64,000 nucleotides of DNA. Origin: Thermoplasmata archaeon. Lineage in GTDB: Archaea > Thermoplasmatota > Penumbrarchaeia > JAEHCK01. The stretch covers positions 213 to 64,212 of the forward strand of contig JAEHCK010000011.1 of assembly GCA_020696345.1 (NCBI GenBank). The letters are read 5' to 3'. The notes under the pieces are model-generated. The model was not told the origin of the DNA and did not search any database. It saw only the letters and a program-made list of their open reading frames with translations. This document shows, in pieces, positions 29,231 through 38,607 of the stretch; within the stretch, counting starts at the first letter, position 1; each line of letters starts with the position of its first letter. The translations under genes were made by a program, and so were the position numbers.

Positions 29231-30397
29231 ATGAAATTACATGAATATATGGCGAAAAATGTATTTTCCGACTTTGGCATACCCACCCCAAAGGGCATCG
29301 TAATTGGCAGTCTTGAAGAATTCGAGTCTGAAAAACAAAATCTGAATTATCCCATTGCCATCAAATCACAGGTGTTAGTTGGCGGCCGCGGCAAGGCGGG
29401 TGGGATCAAGTTTGCAGAATTAGAAACTGAGGCGCGAGAAGCCATTTCAGAGCTGCTGGGTGCGGATATCAAAGGTTTCAAGGTCAAGCAGTTATTACTG
29501 GAAGAAAAAGCCGACATGGCCAATGCCCAGGAGTTGTATTTAGGCTTCACCATTAACCGCGAGGCGAAAAGGGTTACTTGCATCCTATCCAGTCAAGGCG
29601 GTGTTGACATCGAACAGGTGGCCCGTGAGCACCCGGAGCAGATCGCAAAAATGGACATTGATCCTGAAACCGGGCTGGAACTCTACCACTGCCGTAAATT
29701 GGCGAAAAGCATTGGCTTGAACGGTAAGGCTGTGTTAAAGGTTGCCAATGTTGCCGTAAAATTATATAAGGCTTTCAGGGTATCAGACGGAGAATTGGCT
29801 GAAATTAATCCGTTGATACTAACCAGTACTCAAAATGTAATTGCCGTTGATGCTGTGTTAAACATAGATGATAATGCACTATACCGTCACCCGGAATTCA
29901 AACAAGAGCGCGAAACCACGGAAGAATTCACCGCATTGGAAAAGGAGGCACGCGAGGCTGGGTTGGCATATGTTGACCTGGATGGCGATATCGGCATTAT
30001 CGGCTGTGGCGCCGGACTGGTGATGGCCTCTTTGGATATTCTAAAACAATACAACGGTGAGCCCGCTAATTTCTTGGATGTAGGCGGCGGTGCTAACGCG
30101 GAAAACATGCGAAAGGCGTTGGATATTGTGATGAGGAAACCGGGAGTTAGATCTATTTTTGTTAACATATTCGGCGGCATCACACACTGCGACGAGATTG
30201 CCAGGGGTATCGTGGATATTGCACCGAAAATTCCAATCTCCATTCGTATGATGGGTACCAACCAGGAAGAGGGAATTAGAATATTGAAAGAGAATAATTA
30301 CAATGTTTATGACACCATGGAGGATAGTGCGGAGCATGCGGTGGAACTTGCCAAGATCGATAGTAATAAATCCGAAGTACGAAAAACGAAATTCTAA
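29231..30397 (+). CDS. sucC: Succinyl-CoA synthetase beta subunit-like ATP-grasp protein
   Basis: MKLHEYMAKNVFSDFGIPTP, KSQVLVGGRGKAGGIKF, C-terminal NIFGGITHCDEIA. Start moved to ATG 29231. Confidence 0.82.
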   Translation: MKLHEYMAKNVFSDFGIPTPKGIVIGSLEEFESEKQNLNYPIAIKSQVLVGGRGKAGGIKFAELETEAREAISELLGADIKGFKVKQLLLEEKADMANAQELYLGFTINREAKRVTCILSSQGGVDIEQVAREHPEQIAKMDIDPETGLELYHCRKLAKSIGLNGKAVLKVANVAVKLYKAFRVSDGELAEINPLILTSTQNVIAVDAVLNIDDNALYRHPEFKQERETTEEFTALEKEAREAGLAYVDLDGDIGIIGCGAGLVMASLDILKQYNGEPANFLDVGGGANAENMRKALDIVMRKPGVRSIFVNIFGGITHCDEIARGIVDIAPKIPISIRMMGTNQEEGIRILKENNYNVYDTMEDSAEHAVELAKIDSNKSEVRKTKF

Positions 30398-30742
30398 ACA
30401 AACTCTAATTTTCCAAAAACCAAATAAGATTGTTTTTTGTGATTTGTAATTTGTTTAGGGGTTAGAATTCTGTTTAGATCATTGATTGATCAAAGGAATT
30501 CTAAGCTCGATAAAAAATAAGATAAAATTAATAATTATTCTTATTTTTGCGAAGTATTTAGAACTTCGGATTTAGAATTTTCTTTCATTGATAATAAATA
30601 TATAATGAAGGGGTTTAATATTAAATTAGAGAGATTATTGAAAGTACAAAATCATATCTCTACAATTTATCTTTTAAAGACGATTTCGACTAGTGGCATT
30701 GAAATTCCAATAGGCGTTAATAAAAAATGTTTTTGTTATCTT

Positions 30743-31597
30743 TCAGTTAACGAAATGTTTTCTTTTAATCTCGGACAGCTCTACAATGTCTGGTAATTTA
30801 CCAAGATCGGTTCCATCCAGTAAATATACATTTACATTCTCAATATCAACAAACCTGTTCTTGAGCATTGGCCCGAGAAATTCCGGCTTTGCCGTGTTAA
30901 CCGGCGTGCCGCTGCCCAGGTCATTGAACGCGGGCATGATGATGATCTCGGGGCCGGTATCTTTGATCCCGGGGTACCTGTCCACTGCACGGGCCATGTT
31001 CAAATGTCCACGAACCCAACACGAATATGACGCCCGCCCGCCAAGCTTGTCGATGAACAATACGTGTGGATGGTTATGGGCCATCAATGTGATGGCCTTT
31101 GGCGGGTTGAGCACATGCGGCGCCGGCCAGGTGTGGCCGTGGAAAAAACCGAAACCGTGGATCACAGCGCCAGAGTTTGGGTGGAGCTCTATGTTTGCCA
31201 GGTCATCGGGTATTAATTTTCGTAGCCCGCCGTCATGGTTGCCAGGGATGATGTGGACACTTTCAAGAGCACTTGATAAAGTTTCAAATACTTTCGGCAG
31301 TTCGTACCACTCCTGGTTAGATGTTTTCGGAACGGTGTGCTTGATATCACCGACCAGGATTAGCTCGGTGACGGAATTTTTCGAGCATAACTTCAAGATG
31401 TGTTCAGTAATTACCTCGGTCTGGCTGGGCAGATGCGCACCTGCGAGGGCTATTGTATGCTCGATGCCGTAGTGTATATCTGCGATTATTAAGATGTTAC
31501 CAATACCGCTTTTGGGATGCTCCACGATGAATGCGGGCTCGTCGTGAATAGGATGGGCATTGACGATTTTTTCTGTTCTTCGTCTGTTTACGGCCAT
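30743..31597 (-). CDS. Metallophosphoesterase (archaeal SbcD/Mre11-related ICC-like phosphoesterase)
   Basis: Motifs IIADIHYG, LVGDIKH, IPGNHDG, FFHGH, AHNHPH. Confidence 0.8.
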   Translation of the reverse strand: MAVNRRRTEKIVNAHPIHDEPAFIVEHPKSGIGNILIIADIHYGIEHTIALAGAHLPSQTEVITEHILKLCSKNSVTELILVGDIKHTVPKTSNQEWYELPKVFETLSSALESVHIIPGNHDGGLRKLIPDDLANIELHPNSGAVIHGFGFFHGHTWPAPHVLNPPKAITLMAHNHPHVLFIDKLGGRASYSCWVRGHLNMARAVDRYPGIKDTGPEIIIMPAFNDLGSGTPVNTAKPEFLGPMLKNRFVDIENVNVYLLDGTDLGKLPDIVELSEIKRKHFVN

Positions 31598-31727
31598 GGA
31601 GTAGTTAGAACGTTCTCTAGTTTATAATTATTTTTCTAATACGTTTGAATTTTCAAATCCGGCTCCGAGGGCCTGCCCTCAGCTCTTGCGCGGCTTCGTG
31701 GTACAAAAACCCCTCCCCTCCATAATA

Positions 31728-31798
31728 AACCACGAATTAACACGAATCTTCACGAATGTTTTTATATCATTCGTGCCAATTCGTGTGTATTCGTGGTT
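31728..31798. promoter_or_regulatory. Segmented hairpin / operator-like array: three CACGAAT words then three ATTCGTG words, each phased at 10 bp
   Basis: CACGAAT at 31731, 31741, 31751. ATTCGTG at 31769, 31779, 31789. The arms pair as 10+8+8 bp helices. Located in the divergent spacer between 30743..31597(-) and 31904(+). Confidence 0.6.
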
Positions 31799-31903
31799 TC
31801 AAACCGAAAAATCAATCCGTGTAAATTTCAGTTTTTATTTCGACCTTTACCTTTTCAATACAACAATTTACTTATATTCCGCCAAGCATTATCAATTTGA
31901 TTC

Positions 31904-33223
31904 GTGATGAACACTCTTCGATCGCTCCGCCGTCGTTACGGGAGGACAACTTTAATTGTAATAGGCATAGCCTTGGCGATCGCATTTTCCACCATCATGC
32001 TGTCCATTGGTGTTGCGATCCAGGATTCGAGCAAGAAGATCATTGACGAGGCTGGTGTGGACCTGTTCGTTGAATCCAGTGTGGATCTGTCACCATTATT
32101 ACTCGAGTTTACCAACCGTTTCGAGATCGACCATGGTAGAACGATCGCGCAGGCAATGGTGGATAATAATTCGAAGATTCGTGAAGCGGCGCCGTGGCTC
32201 AAGAAGAACCTATACATGGCCAAGTATCCCGACGAGATCAATGCAACCGACCCGCCAAAATTCTCGCTGTCGGTTTGCAAGGGCTTTATCCCGGAGCAGA
32301 ATCGATATTTCAGCGGCAGAACAATTGTGGATGGCCGAAAGCTGCCCACGCAAAATGACCCGTTCTATGCAAACGGCACATACCTAGACGGTGAAGCATC
32401 CGATAACTTTACCCATGAGATCCTGCTCAGCAAGTCGTTGGCAAAAAGACTGGATGTCGCGGTGGGCGATATTATCTATATCGATCCTATCCTGATCACC
32501 GACGAGCTCACCGAGCACTCGCTCGAAGCATGGTTCAAGAATGCGACGATGTTCAAGGTATACGGAATAATGGTGGAATCGTTTGAAAGCCAACAGGCGT
32601 TGATGGCGCACCTTCATCTGAGTGAACTCCAATATATATTGGATCTTGATGAAAAAGATACCGTCACCAGTATCTATGTGAACCTGTATCATAGAAGCGA
32701 CCGTGAAAATGTAAAGCACTGGCTCGAAAACGAGTTCATTTATAAAGATTCGATCTCGGTTCACACACCGGGTGAGATGTTGGAGGATATTTCCGATCTA
32801 ACCGGTATGCTGGAAGGTTTCTCGAGAATGGTTGTGATCATTACGATATTGGTGGCGGCTCTCTTTATCGGTACGGTTTCCATGATCTCCACCCGTGAGC
32901 GCAGCCGCGAGATCGGCGCACTGCGCGCTATCGGGATATCTAAATTTACCATTAACAAATTCATTATCAAGGAATCGATGATCATGTGTATAGCCGGTTT
33001 AATAATTGGTTTTATTCTGGGCTATATCGGGTCCGATATCATAAATGATTATATTGTCAGCACCCAACCGTTCTTACCCCCGAACTTTCGTGTCACCATG
33101 ATCACACCGGGTATTGTTGCTTTTGTTACATTCATTACATTATCGATCGCAGTATTAGCCAGCTTGGGCCCTTGCTATTGGGCCATGAGCCTCAAACCGG
33201 TGGAGGCCTTAAGAAACGATTGA
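31904..33223 (+). CDS. ABC transporter permease, FtsX/MacB type
   Basis: N-terminal TM, an extracytoplasmic domain of about 270 aa, C-terminal 3-TM FtsX domain (SREIGALRAIGISK). Confidence 0.8.
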   Translation: MMNTLRSLRRRYGRTTLIVIGIALAIAFSTIMLSIGVAIQDSSKKIIDEAGVDLFVESSVDLSPLLLEFTNRFEIDHGRTIAQAMVDNNSKIREAAPWLKKNLYMAKYPDEINATDPPKFSLSVCKGFIPEQNRYFSGRTIVDGRKLPTQNDPFYANGTYLDGEASDNFTHEILLSKSLAKRLDVAVGDIIYIDPILITDELTEHSLEAWFKNATMFKVYGIMVESFESQQALMAHLHLSELQYILDLDEKDTVTSIYVNLYHRSDRENVKHWLENEFIYKDSISVHTPGEMLEDISDLTGMLEGFSRMVVIITILVAALFIGTVSMISTRERSREIGALRAIGISKFTINKFIIKESMIMCIAGLIIGFILGYIGSDIINDYIVSTQPFLPPNFRVTMITPGIVAFVTFITLSIAVLASLGPCYWAMSLKPVEALRND

Positions 33224-33432
33224 TAGATCGAATTAGGTAGAAGGAAAAATTGAAGTCTTTCGGTATACGGTTTGGCTGCTCGTATCGTCCAACGGTTTCG
33301 GCTAACGGCTCTTTGCCGTTTAACGTTAGACGATTTACGATACGAGCTTCGAAACCGATGGACGAAGCCTGTAATATAACTAAATAAATAGAAATTAGAA
33401 ATAATAATACATAATTCTTGCGGAAATGAAAT

Positions 33433-34749
33433 ATGATAATCCATAATCTGCTCAGGCACAAGGGTCGGACAATCATGTCAATAGTGTCGGTGGCGATCTC
33501 CACCGCACTTCTAGTGTCATTACTCTCGGTGGCGGAAGGTATTTGGCAAAACACATCGCGATCGGTCTTGGCCAGTGGTGAAGACATCCTCATAGTTCCC
33601 GACCTGCCAGGCGGCAGCGGTGCGGGCAGTCTTGGAAGTATAAGTAATGGTCATAAGATAGCCGATGATATTAAAAGTGATACAACAAATATTTCAGAAA
33701 CCTCGCCGTTGTACGGCACACTGCTGAAGATCGAACAAGTTGGAGAGATAAGTTCCGATAATACCGTCAATACCGAACCAAAGACCGGCGGAGTGTTATC
33801 TTTGGGTGTAATTCCCGAGCGTCTGAAGAAGTTCCTCGTTAACGGAGATACATATAACCTGGATATGATCGAGCTAAAATTTGACGACTGGTTCGAGACC
33901 CCGGGCGACCCGCATTATGAGAATGATTTCACTGGCCCATGGACATATGAAGTATTGGTGGATGACTATCTGGCCGGAAAATATCAACTTACCATAGGTT
34001 CCAATATAAATTTATCTATTGGTAAAGAGGCCCATACATTTACAGTTGCGGGTATTTTCAAGACCAATCTGAAAGGCGGGTATTTTGAAGATTTTATAGA
34101 TGGGTTTACAATCCTTCATTTGAGTGAGCTTCAGAGCATATTGGGCGAAGATGTGATCACCAAAGATAATCGTACAGTGGTGATCGATTATGTAAAAACC
34201 ATTGCGATCTCGCTCAAAAGTGAAAGCGAGGGCGCCAACCCGGCAGATGATATCGCGTTCGGCCTTCAAGAGAAATATCCATTATTGGATGTTATAACCC
34301 TGGGCGAGCAATTGGAACGATTGGAAGAACAGAATGCCATGACCCGCGTATTTTATACCGCGATCAGTTTGGTATCGATCATAATCGGGTTATTATTTGT
34401 TGCATGTATCATGTTGATCTCTGTGTATGAAAGGATAAATGAAATAGGTATACTGCGTGCCATCGGGATATCGAGAACCACTATCTTTAAATGGGTGATC
34501 CTGGAATCACTAATGCTTATCATAATGGGCATCTTGATCGGTTTTTTGCCAGGATATGTCGGTTCCGAACTGCTTGGAGCCTATATAAGTGAAGATATCG
34601 GCATCTCCGAGGATCTGACCGCGTTCACGCCAGAGCTGGTGGTTTGGTCGTTCCTCGGTATGTTGGGTATAGGTACGTTAATGAGTTTGATCCCCGCACT
34701 GCGTGCAAGCACCATGAAGATCACAAATGCAGTCTCGTTCGTGAGGTGA
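33433..34749 (+). CDS. ABC transporter permease, FtsX/MacB type (second copy)
   Basis: Same architecture (INEIGILRAIGISR). Paralogous to the upstream gene. Confidence 0.8.
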   Translation: MIIHNLLRHKGRTIMSIVSVAISTALLVSLLSVAEGIWQNTSRSVLASGEDILIVPDLPGGSGAGSLGSISNGHKIADDIKSDTTNISETSPLYGTLLKIEQVGEISSDNTVNTEPKTGGVLSLGVIPERLKKFLVNGDTYNLDMIELKFDDWFETPGDPHYENDFTGPWTYEVLVDDYLAGKYQLTIGSNINLSIGKEAHTFTVAGIFKTNLKGGYFEDFIDGFTILHLSELQSILGEDVITKDNRTVVIDYVKTIAISLKSESEGANPADDIAFGLQEKYPLLDVITLGEQLERLEEQNAMTRVFYTAISLVSIIIGLLFVACIMLISVYERINEIGILRAIGISRTTIFKWVILESLMLIIMGILIGFLPGYVGSELLGAYISEDIGISEDLTAFTPELVVWSFLGMLGIGTLMSLIPALRASTMKITNAVSFVR

Positions 34750-34810
34750 AATAAGAAATGCTTTGAAGAAAAAATGTAGCATCCGCATTTCTTATTAGAG
34801 ATGCGGGATG
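34750..34810 (+). terminator. Two mutually exclusive hairpins directly after the permease stop codon
   Basis: 12-bp perfect AATAAGAAATGC/GCATTTCTTATT (34750-34761 / 34785-34796). 9-bp CATCCGCAT/ATGCGGGATG with one bulge (34780-34788 / 34801-10). Function not established. Confidence 0.3.
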
Positions 34811-35152
34811 AGGACATTTATGTAGAATTATTAAAATCATTCATTTGTGGGATTAGGGCTGTAGAATTTATGCAACTCACATCCCACACTCCACATCCCA
34901 AATCCCTTGTATATTATATGAAAAACTATTAACAATTAAGCAATAAATTAATAGATTAAGATTTCATAAAGTAATGTAAATCCCAACATAAAAGGTGATC
35001 TAATCAAATTACAAGCAGTCAATAAAAAATCAGATAAAAAAGAACAAAAAGCCATTATCAAATTAATAAATGTTTCCAAAATCTATGATTCCGGCGCGGT
35101 CAATGTCAAAGCACTGATCAATATAGATCTTACAATAGGGAAGGGCGAATTC

Positions 35153-35716
35153 TTGGCGATCGAGGGGCCGTCCGGAAGTGGAAAGTCCACTTTATTGAAT
35201 ATAATCGGCTGCATCGATACACCTACCAAAGGCAAGATCTTTCTCTCGGGCCGTGATATAACTGGCTTAAGCGAGCGCGAGCTTACGAAGATCAGGCTTT
35301 TGAAGATCGGCTTTATTTTTCAATTATTTTATCTGATACCCACACTAAAAGCGTGGGAGAACATAGACCTACCGTTGCGTGAGGCAAAGGTGCCCAGGAA
35401 AAAGCGCAAGGCACGTGTTGACCGATTGCTCAAAATGGTAGGTCTGTCGAAGCGTGCGAATCATTATCCCAATCAATTAAGCGGCGGGGAATGCCAGCGG
35501 ATCGCAATTGCACGTGCATTGGCAAATAACCCCGAAATCTTACTGGCCGATGAACCAACTGGCGAGATCGATAGGGCTACGAGCAATAGAATTCTGAAGA
35601 TCTTCAAAGATCTGGTTGAAAAATATCAGATGACGATAGTTCTTGTCACCCATGACCCGAAGATCTCCGAGCAAACTCAACGGCGGATCATCATCGAGGA
35701 CGGGCGAATTTCTTAA
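35153..35716 (+). CDS. ABC transporter ATP-binding protein (MacB/LolD-like); 5' end unresolved
   Basis: Walker A GPSGSGKST, signature LSGGECQR, Walker B LLADEPTGEID, H-loop THD. Conserved N-terminal sequence (AIIKLINVSKIYDSG...GEF) continues in frame upstream to about 35051 without an ATG, GTG or TTG. Confidence 0.85.
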   Translation: MAIEGPSGSGKSTLLNIIGCIDTPTKGKIFLSGRDITGLSERELTKIRLLKIGFIFQLFYLIPTLKAWENIDLPLREAKVPRKKRKARVDRLLKMVGLSKRANHYPNQLSGGECQRIAIARALANNPEILLADEPTGEIDRATSNRILKIFKDLVEKYQMTIVLVTHDPKISEQTQRRIIIEDGRIS

Positions 35717-35750
35717 TGCGGAATATTCTGAATATTAATTCAGAGAGAAT

Positions 35751-36320
35751 CTACAATCTGATATCCGGGTGGACGAATTCAACATTAACCTCGCCTTTTC
35801 GCATGCCCTCGGAAAATGCGGTAATGGTGGGGGTTAAAGTTTCCTTAACAGATCGAAGTTCGGTCTTGGCCACACCGCCCCTGCATTTCACGATACGATC
35901 GGAAAGCACACCACCGGTGGTTAAAAAATGGATCTCGTTCTTGGCGTTCGTGATCAGGCTGCCATCCTCGTCTCGGATGCTGGCAGTTATTGTAACCGTT
36001 GATTTGCCGTCGGCGCGCATCTCGGGGATGCCATCGCCGTCATGGTCGGGTGCGTCAATGGCAAGATCGATATATGGCAATGTGGACCTTCTAACAAGTT
36101 CTTTGGGCACGCCACTGCTGCTGAACTTCAGTTCGTACTTGTAGATCTCATTAGCCACGATCTCGTCGTCCGGGACGATGAACTCCATTACGTTGGGGTC
36201 CAACCGTCCGGTTGTTGATCTATTATTAATATACTGGGTTGGCGCCAACCCGGTCGTATCCTGTGAGATCATTGATATACCTATGATCTCTCGGTTCTTT
36301 CTATCATATATGACAATCAT
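35751..36320 (-). CDS. Cytoplasmic-type protein ending in a Big_1 (invasin/intimin-like) Ig domain
   Basis: ADGKSTVTITASIRDEDGSLITNAKNEIHFLTTGGVLS...GGVAKTELRS. No signal peptide or TM. Confidence 0.55.
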   Translation of the reverse strand: MIVIYDRKNREIIGISMISQDTTGLAPTQYINNRSTTGRLDPNVMEFIVPDDEIVANEIYKYELKFSSSGVPKELVRRSTLPYIDLAIDAPDHDGDGIPEMRADGKSTVTITASIRDEDGSLITNAKNEIHFLTTGGVLSDRIVKCRGGVAKTELRSVKETLTPTITAFSEGMRKGEVNVEFVHPDIRL

Positions 36321-36340
36321 ACCAAAACCTCAAACATGGT

Positions 36341-36823
36341 CTATTGTAAAACACCAAAAGCTATCCAATTCACGACGCCTTTATCCTTACCATCATCGGA
36401 TAGTGCATGAATTTTGAAACCATTTTCCGTGATCTCATAGGGATAGCATCGAATGGCTTTTTTCGATTCGTCAGCGCTGTTTAATGTGCCGCTTAGTGAA
36501 ATTAATACATGGGGTTTCACACCCCAATTCAATTGGATGTATGTCTCATGGCTGGACACACCGGAAGCGATCAGGATCTGTGATTTGGATACAAAATTAT
36601 TGATCGTTGCCGCGATGTTGTTAAGGTCATCTTTGATCTCTGTTTGTAGATCATTCCAGTCGTCGGCCATGATCAGGTCGCCTGGTCCCTTTTTACGCGG
36701 GTTGAAAGTTGTATTGATCACCGCACTTTTGTCAACTTTTTCCAGGTCCCACTCGGTCTCATCATCTTTTGGCTCTGATATCGCCTTAACCTCTGACCCT
36801 GCTATTATTTTGGGTTTTGCCAT
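36341..36823 (-). CDS. Protein with a C-terminal H-type-lectin-like domain
   Basis: The C-terminal ~80 aa (YIQLNWGVKPHVLISLSG...YEITENGFKIHALSDDGKDKGVVNWIAFG) fit the H_lectin pattern as I remember it. No signal peptide. Confidence 0.5.
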   Translation of the reverse strand: MAKPKIIAGSEVKAISEPKDDETEWDLEKVDKSAVINTTFNPRKKGPGDLIMADDWNDLQTEIKDDLNNIAATINNFVSKSQILIASGVSSHETYIQLNWGVKPHVLISLSGTLNSADESKKAIRCYPYEITENGFKIHALSDDGKDKGVVNWIAFGVLQ

Positions 36824-36856
36824 TTTATCATCCTTTTTGTTTGATTGAATATTGAT

Positions 36857-37642
36857 CTAAAATGAAATTTTCCAAATCAAAGATAATGTAAACTTATCGG
36901 TTTTAGTGATCTCCGGAAATACCACACGATTATACATGACTCCGCCATCTTCGGAATTGAAAATTCCAGCTTCGGTCAAGATGCCATTTGCATCCTCATA
37001 ACCAAAGGTAGATGACAGTGTTACCACAATATCCGAGCCGCCTGAGAGTTTTGTGGGGTTAAGCTGCCTGGGAAGTGCTTCTTCAAGAACAGAGGCAGAA
37101 ACCAGTTCTGAGCCATTATTGAGTTTTGCGATCAAATAATCATCGGACTCGGGGTCCATCACCAGATCCTCGAAGGTCTCTGTAATGCCCTCGGCTTCAT
37201 TTGTTAGAATGAAATTTGCCACAGTCCTCTTGCCTCGGCCACGCCCGCTCACATCAATGGCTTTGATCTCCAAGATCGTGTTATTTCCACACTCTCCACT
37301 AAGTTTTGAAGTGAGTTTAATAACATCTTTATTTTTTTTATCTTTTAGGATAATAGATGCGTTCTTTTCTTCCTGGATATTGTTTTGATCGAACACTTTT
37401 CGTGGCGGGTTCTCCTCTACGAGGTTATCGTCGGCGGGTGATGGTTTTGTCGAACCTGTGCCAACACCGATATGGCTCACACCCTGTTTCTCGGCGCCCC
37501 GAAAGATATTGGCAAGTAATATTTTACCACTTGATGTGATCAGATTTTGGTATTTTTGTTTTTTTACTATTTTTCCCGCTTCATCACGTAGGATTATCTC
37601 AACCGAACCTTTTATTGAATTATGATCACATTGTATGTTCAT
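36857..37642 (-). CDS. Virus-structural-like protein (tail-fibre-module beta-sandwich with a sheath-like insert)
   Basis: Termini NLITSSGKILLANIF..HIGVGTGSTKPSPADDNLVEE and ILTEAGIFNSEDGGVMYNRVVFPEITK. Central ITETFEDLVMDPESDDYLIAKLNNGSELVSASV resembles a tail-sheath N-terminal motif. Recognition from memory only. Confidence 0.5.
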   Translation of the reverse strand: MNIQCDHNSIKGSVEIILRDEAGKIVKKQKYQNLITSSGKILLANIFRGAEKQGVSHIGVGTGSTKPSPADDNLVEENPPRKVFDQNNIQEEKNASIILKDKKNKDVIKLTSKLSGECGNNTILEIKAIDVSGRGRGKRTVANFILTNEAEGITETFEDLVMDPESDDYLIAKLNNGSELVSASVLEEALPRQLNPTKLSGGSDIVVTLSSTFGYEDANGILTEAGIFNSEDGGVMYNRVVFPEITKTDKFTLSLIWKISF

Positions 37643-38093
37643 CCCAAGATCCCCCAGACCTGTTTCCTGTAATGGAAATGTTTGGTAATAGACATGGATT
37701 GATAATAAGATGTTGTTTCATGTAAAGTTGTGAAAGGGTTATTGTAATAAGTAATAATAAAGATTTTCTTAACCGGGTAAGAGTTCTAGGGCGGCTTCCC
37801 ATAAAGCAATAAATATTTATAGCAATAGAACAATAGAGGTGCGGAAAACTACAGAACAGATGACCTTCTATACACCCTAAACTTTTTAAAAAGCACTATC
37901 AACCCCCCCTATTGGTGTATCGAAGTTGGTGAAGAGAGGATTGGAAAATAAGGATGTTCGATGATTTATTGGTTCTACTTCAAAAAAAAGATCTAAAAAC
38001 GCCCACACTTTTTTTTATATAAATCATCACATCCTTTTTTCCTGCATTTTTGCGTTTTGATTGGATAGAATAATAATTTTAGATCAATGAGAT

Positions 38094-38326
38094 GGTCGAC
38101 TGTTAGACCGAGTGACAGGGGTCTGGGGCCGGAAACAGTTGCTAGATGTTAGTTGCTAGTTGCCAGTTTAATAATATCACACTAGAAACTAGAAGCTAGC
38201 AACTGATAACTAACGGGGTCGGGGTGAGAACAAGGTACGAGTTTAACGGGAAGAATCAATAAATAAGCACACTGGCAACCGACAACTGATTACTGACAAC
38301 TAGTATGGACGGTAGACCATCTAACA
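38094..38326. repeat. MITE-like mosaic element (GTTGCTAG/CTAGCAAC words), long copy
   Basis: Shares GGTCGAC..GGAAACAGTTGCTAGATGYTAGTTGC..CAGTTTAATA..ATCACACTAGAAACTAGAA and CTGACAACTAGTATGGMCGGTRGAC with 61371-61484. Carries about 110 extra internal nt. Outer 10-bp pair CAGTTGCTAG/CTAGCAACTG. Confidence 0.7.
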
Positions 38327-38350
38327 ATTAACTCCTACTTTTGACTGGGT

Positions 38351-38607
38351 AAGAATTCTGAATTAATTGTAATGCATTTTTAAGAATTCTTAGTTCCAGA
38401 CAATTTTTTATGAAAAATTGTTGAGGTTTAAAATTTGACTTATCAATTTGCTCTAGCAAATTTTTCTAAAGGTATAAATTCCGAATCTAATTACATAATT
38501 ATAGAAAGAATTTATAGCTCGAGACCATTTTCGTAAGAAAATTGTCGAAGCTTTGAAAAACTAAAAAGTTTTTCAATGTAGAATAATTTTTCTCTAGAAA
38601 ATTGTTC
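38351..38607. repeat. Train of seven short AT-rich hairpins (7-9 bp stems)
   Basis: AAGAATTC/GAATTCTT 38351-38391; CAATTTTT/AAAAATTG 38401-38420; AATTTGC/GCAAATT 38445-38462; TATAAATTC/GAATTTATA 38473-38516; GACCATTTT/AAAATTGTC 38523-38546; TTGAAAAAC/GTTTTTCAA 38553-38576; GAATAATTTTC/GAAAATTGTTC 38581-38607. Confidence 0.7.

Noticed and set aside
30605-30796. 63-aa + strand ORF
   Set aside because: It overlaps the 3' end of the phosphoesterase gene and the repeat-rich spacer. No SD or motif.
31686-31907. 73-aa + strand ORF upstream of the ABC permease
   Set aside because: It reads straight through the CACGAAT/ATTCGTG hairpin array. It has no SD, and its composition follows the repeat words.
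35751-37642. Complete prophage or contractile injection system
   Set aside because: Only three small genes show virus-like features. No capsid, portal, terminase, tube, baseplate, ATPase or integrase gene lies within at least 10 kb on either side. I report it as an orphan module only.
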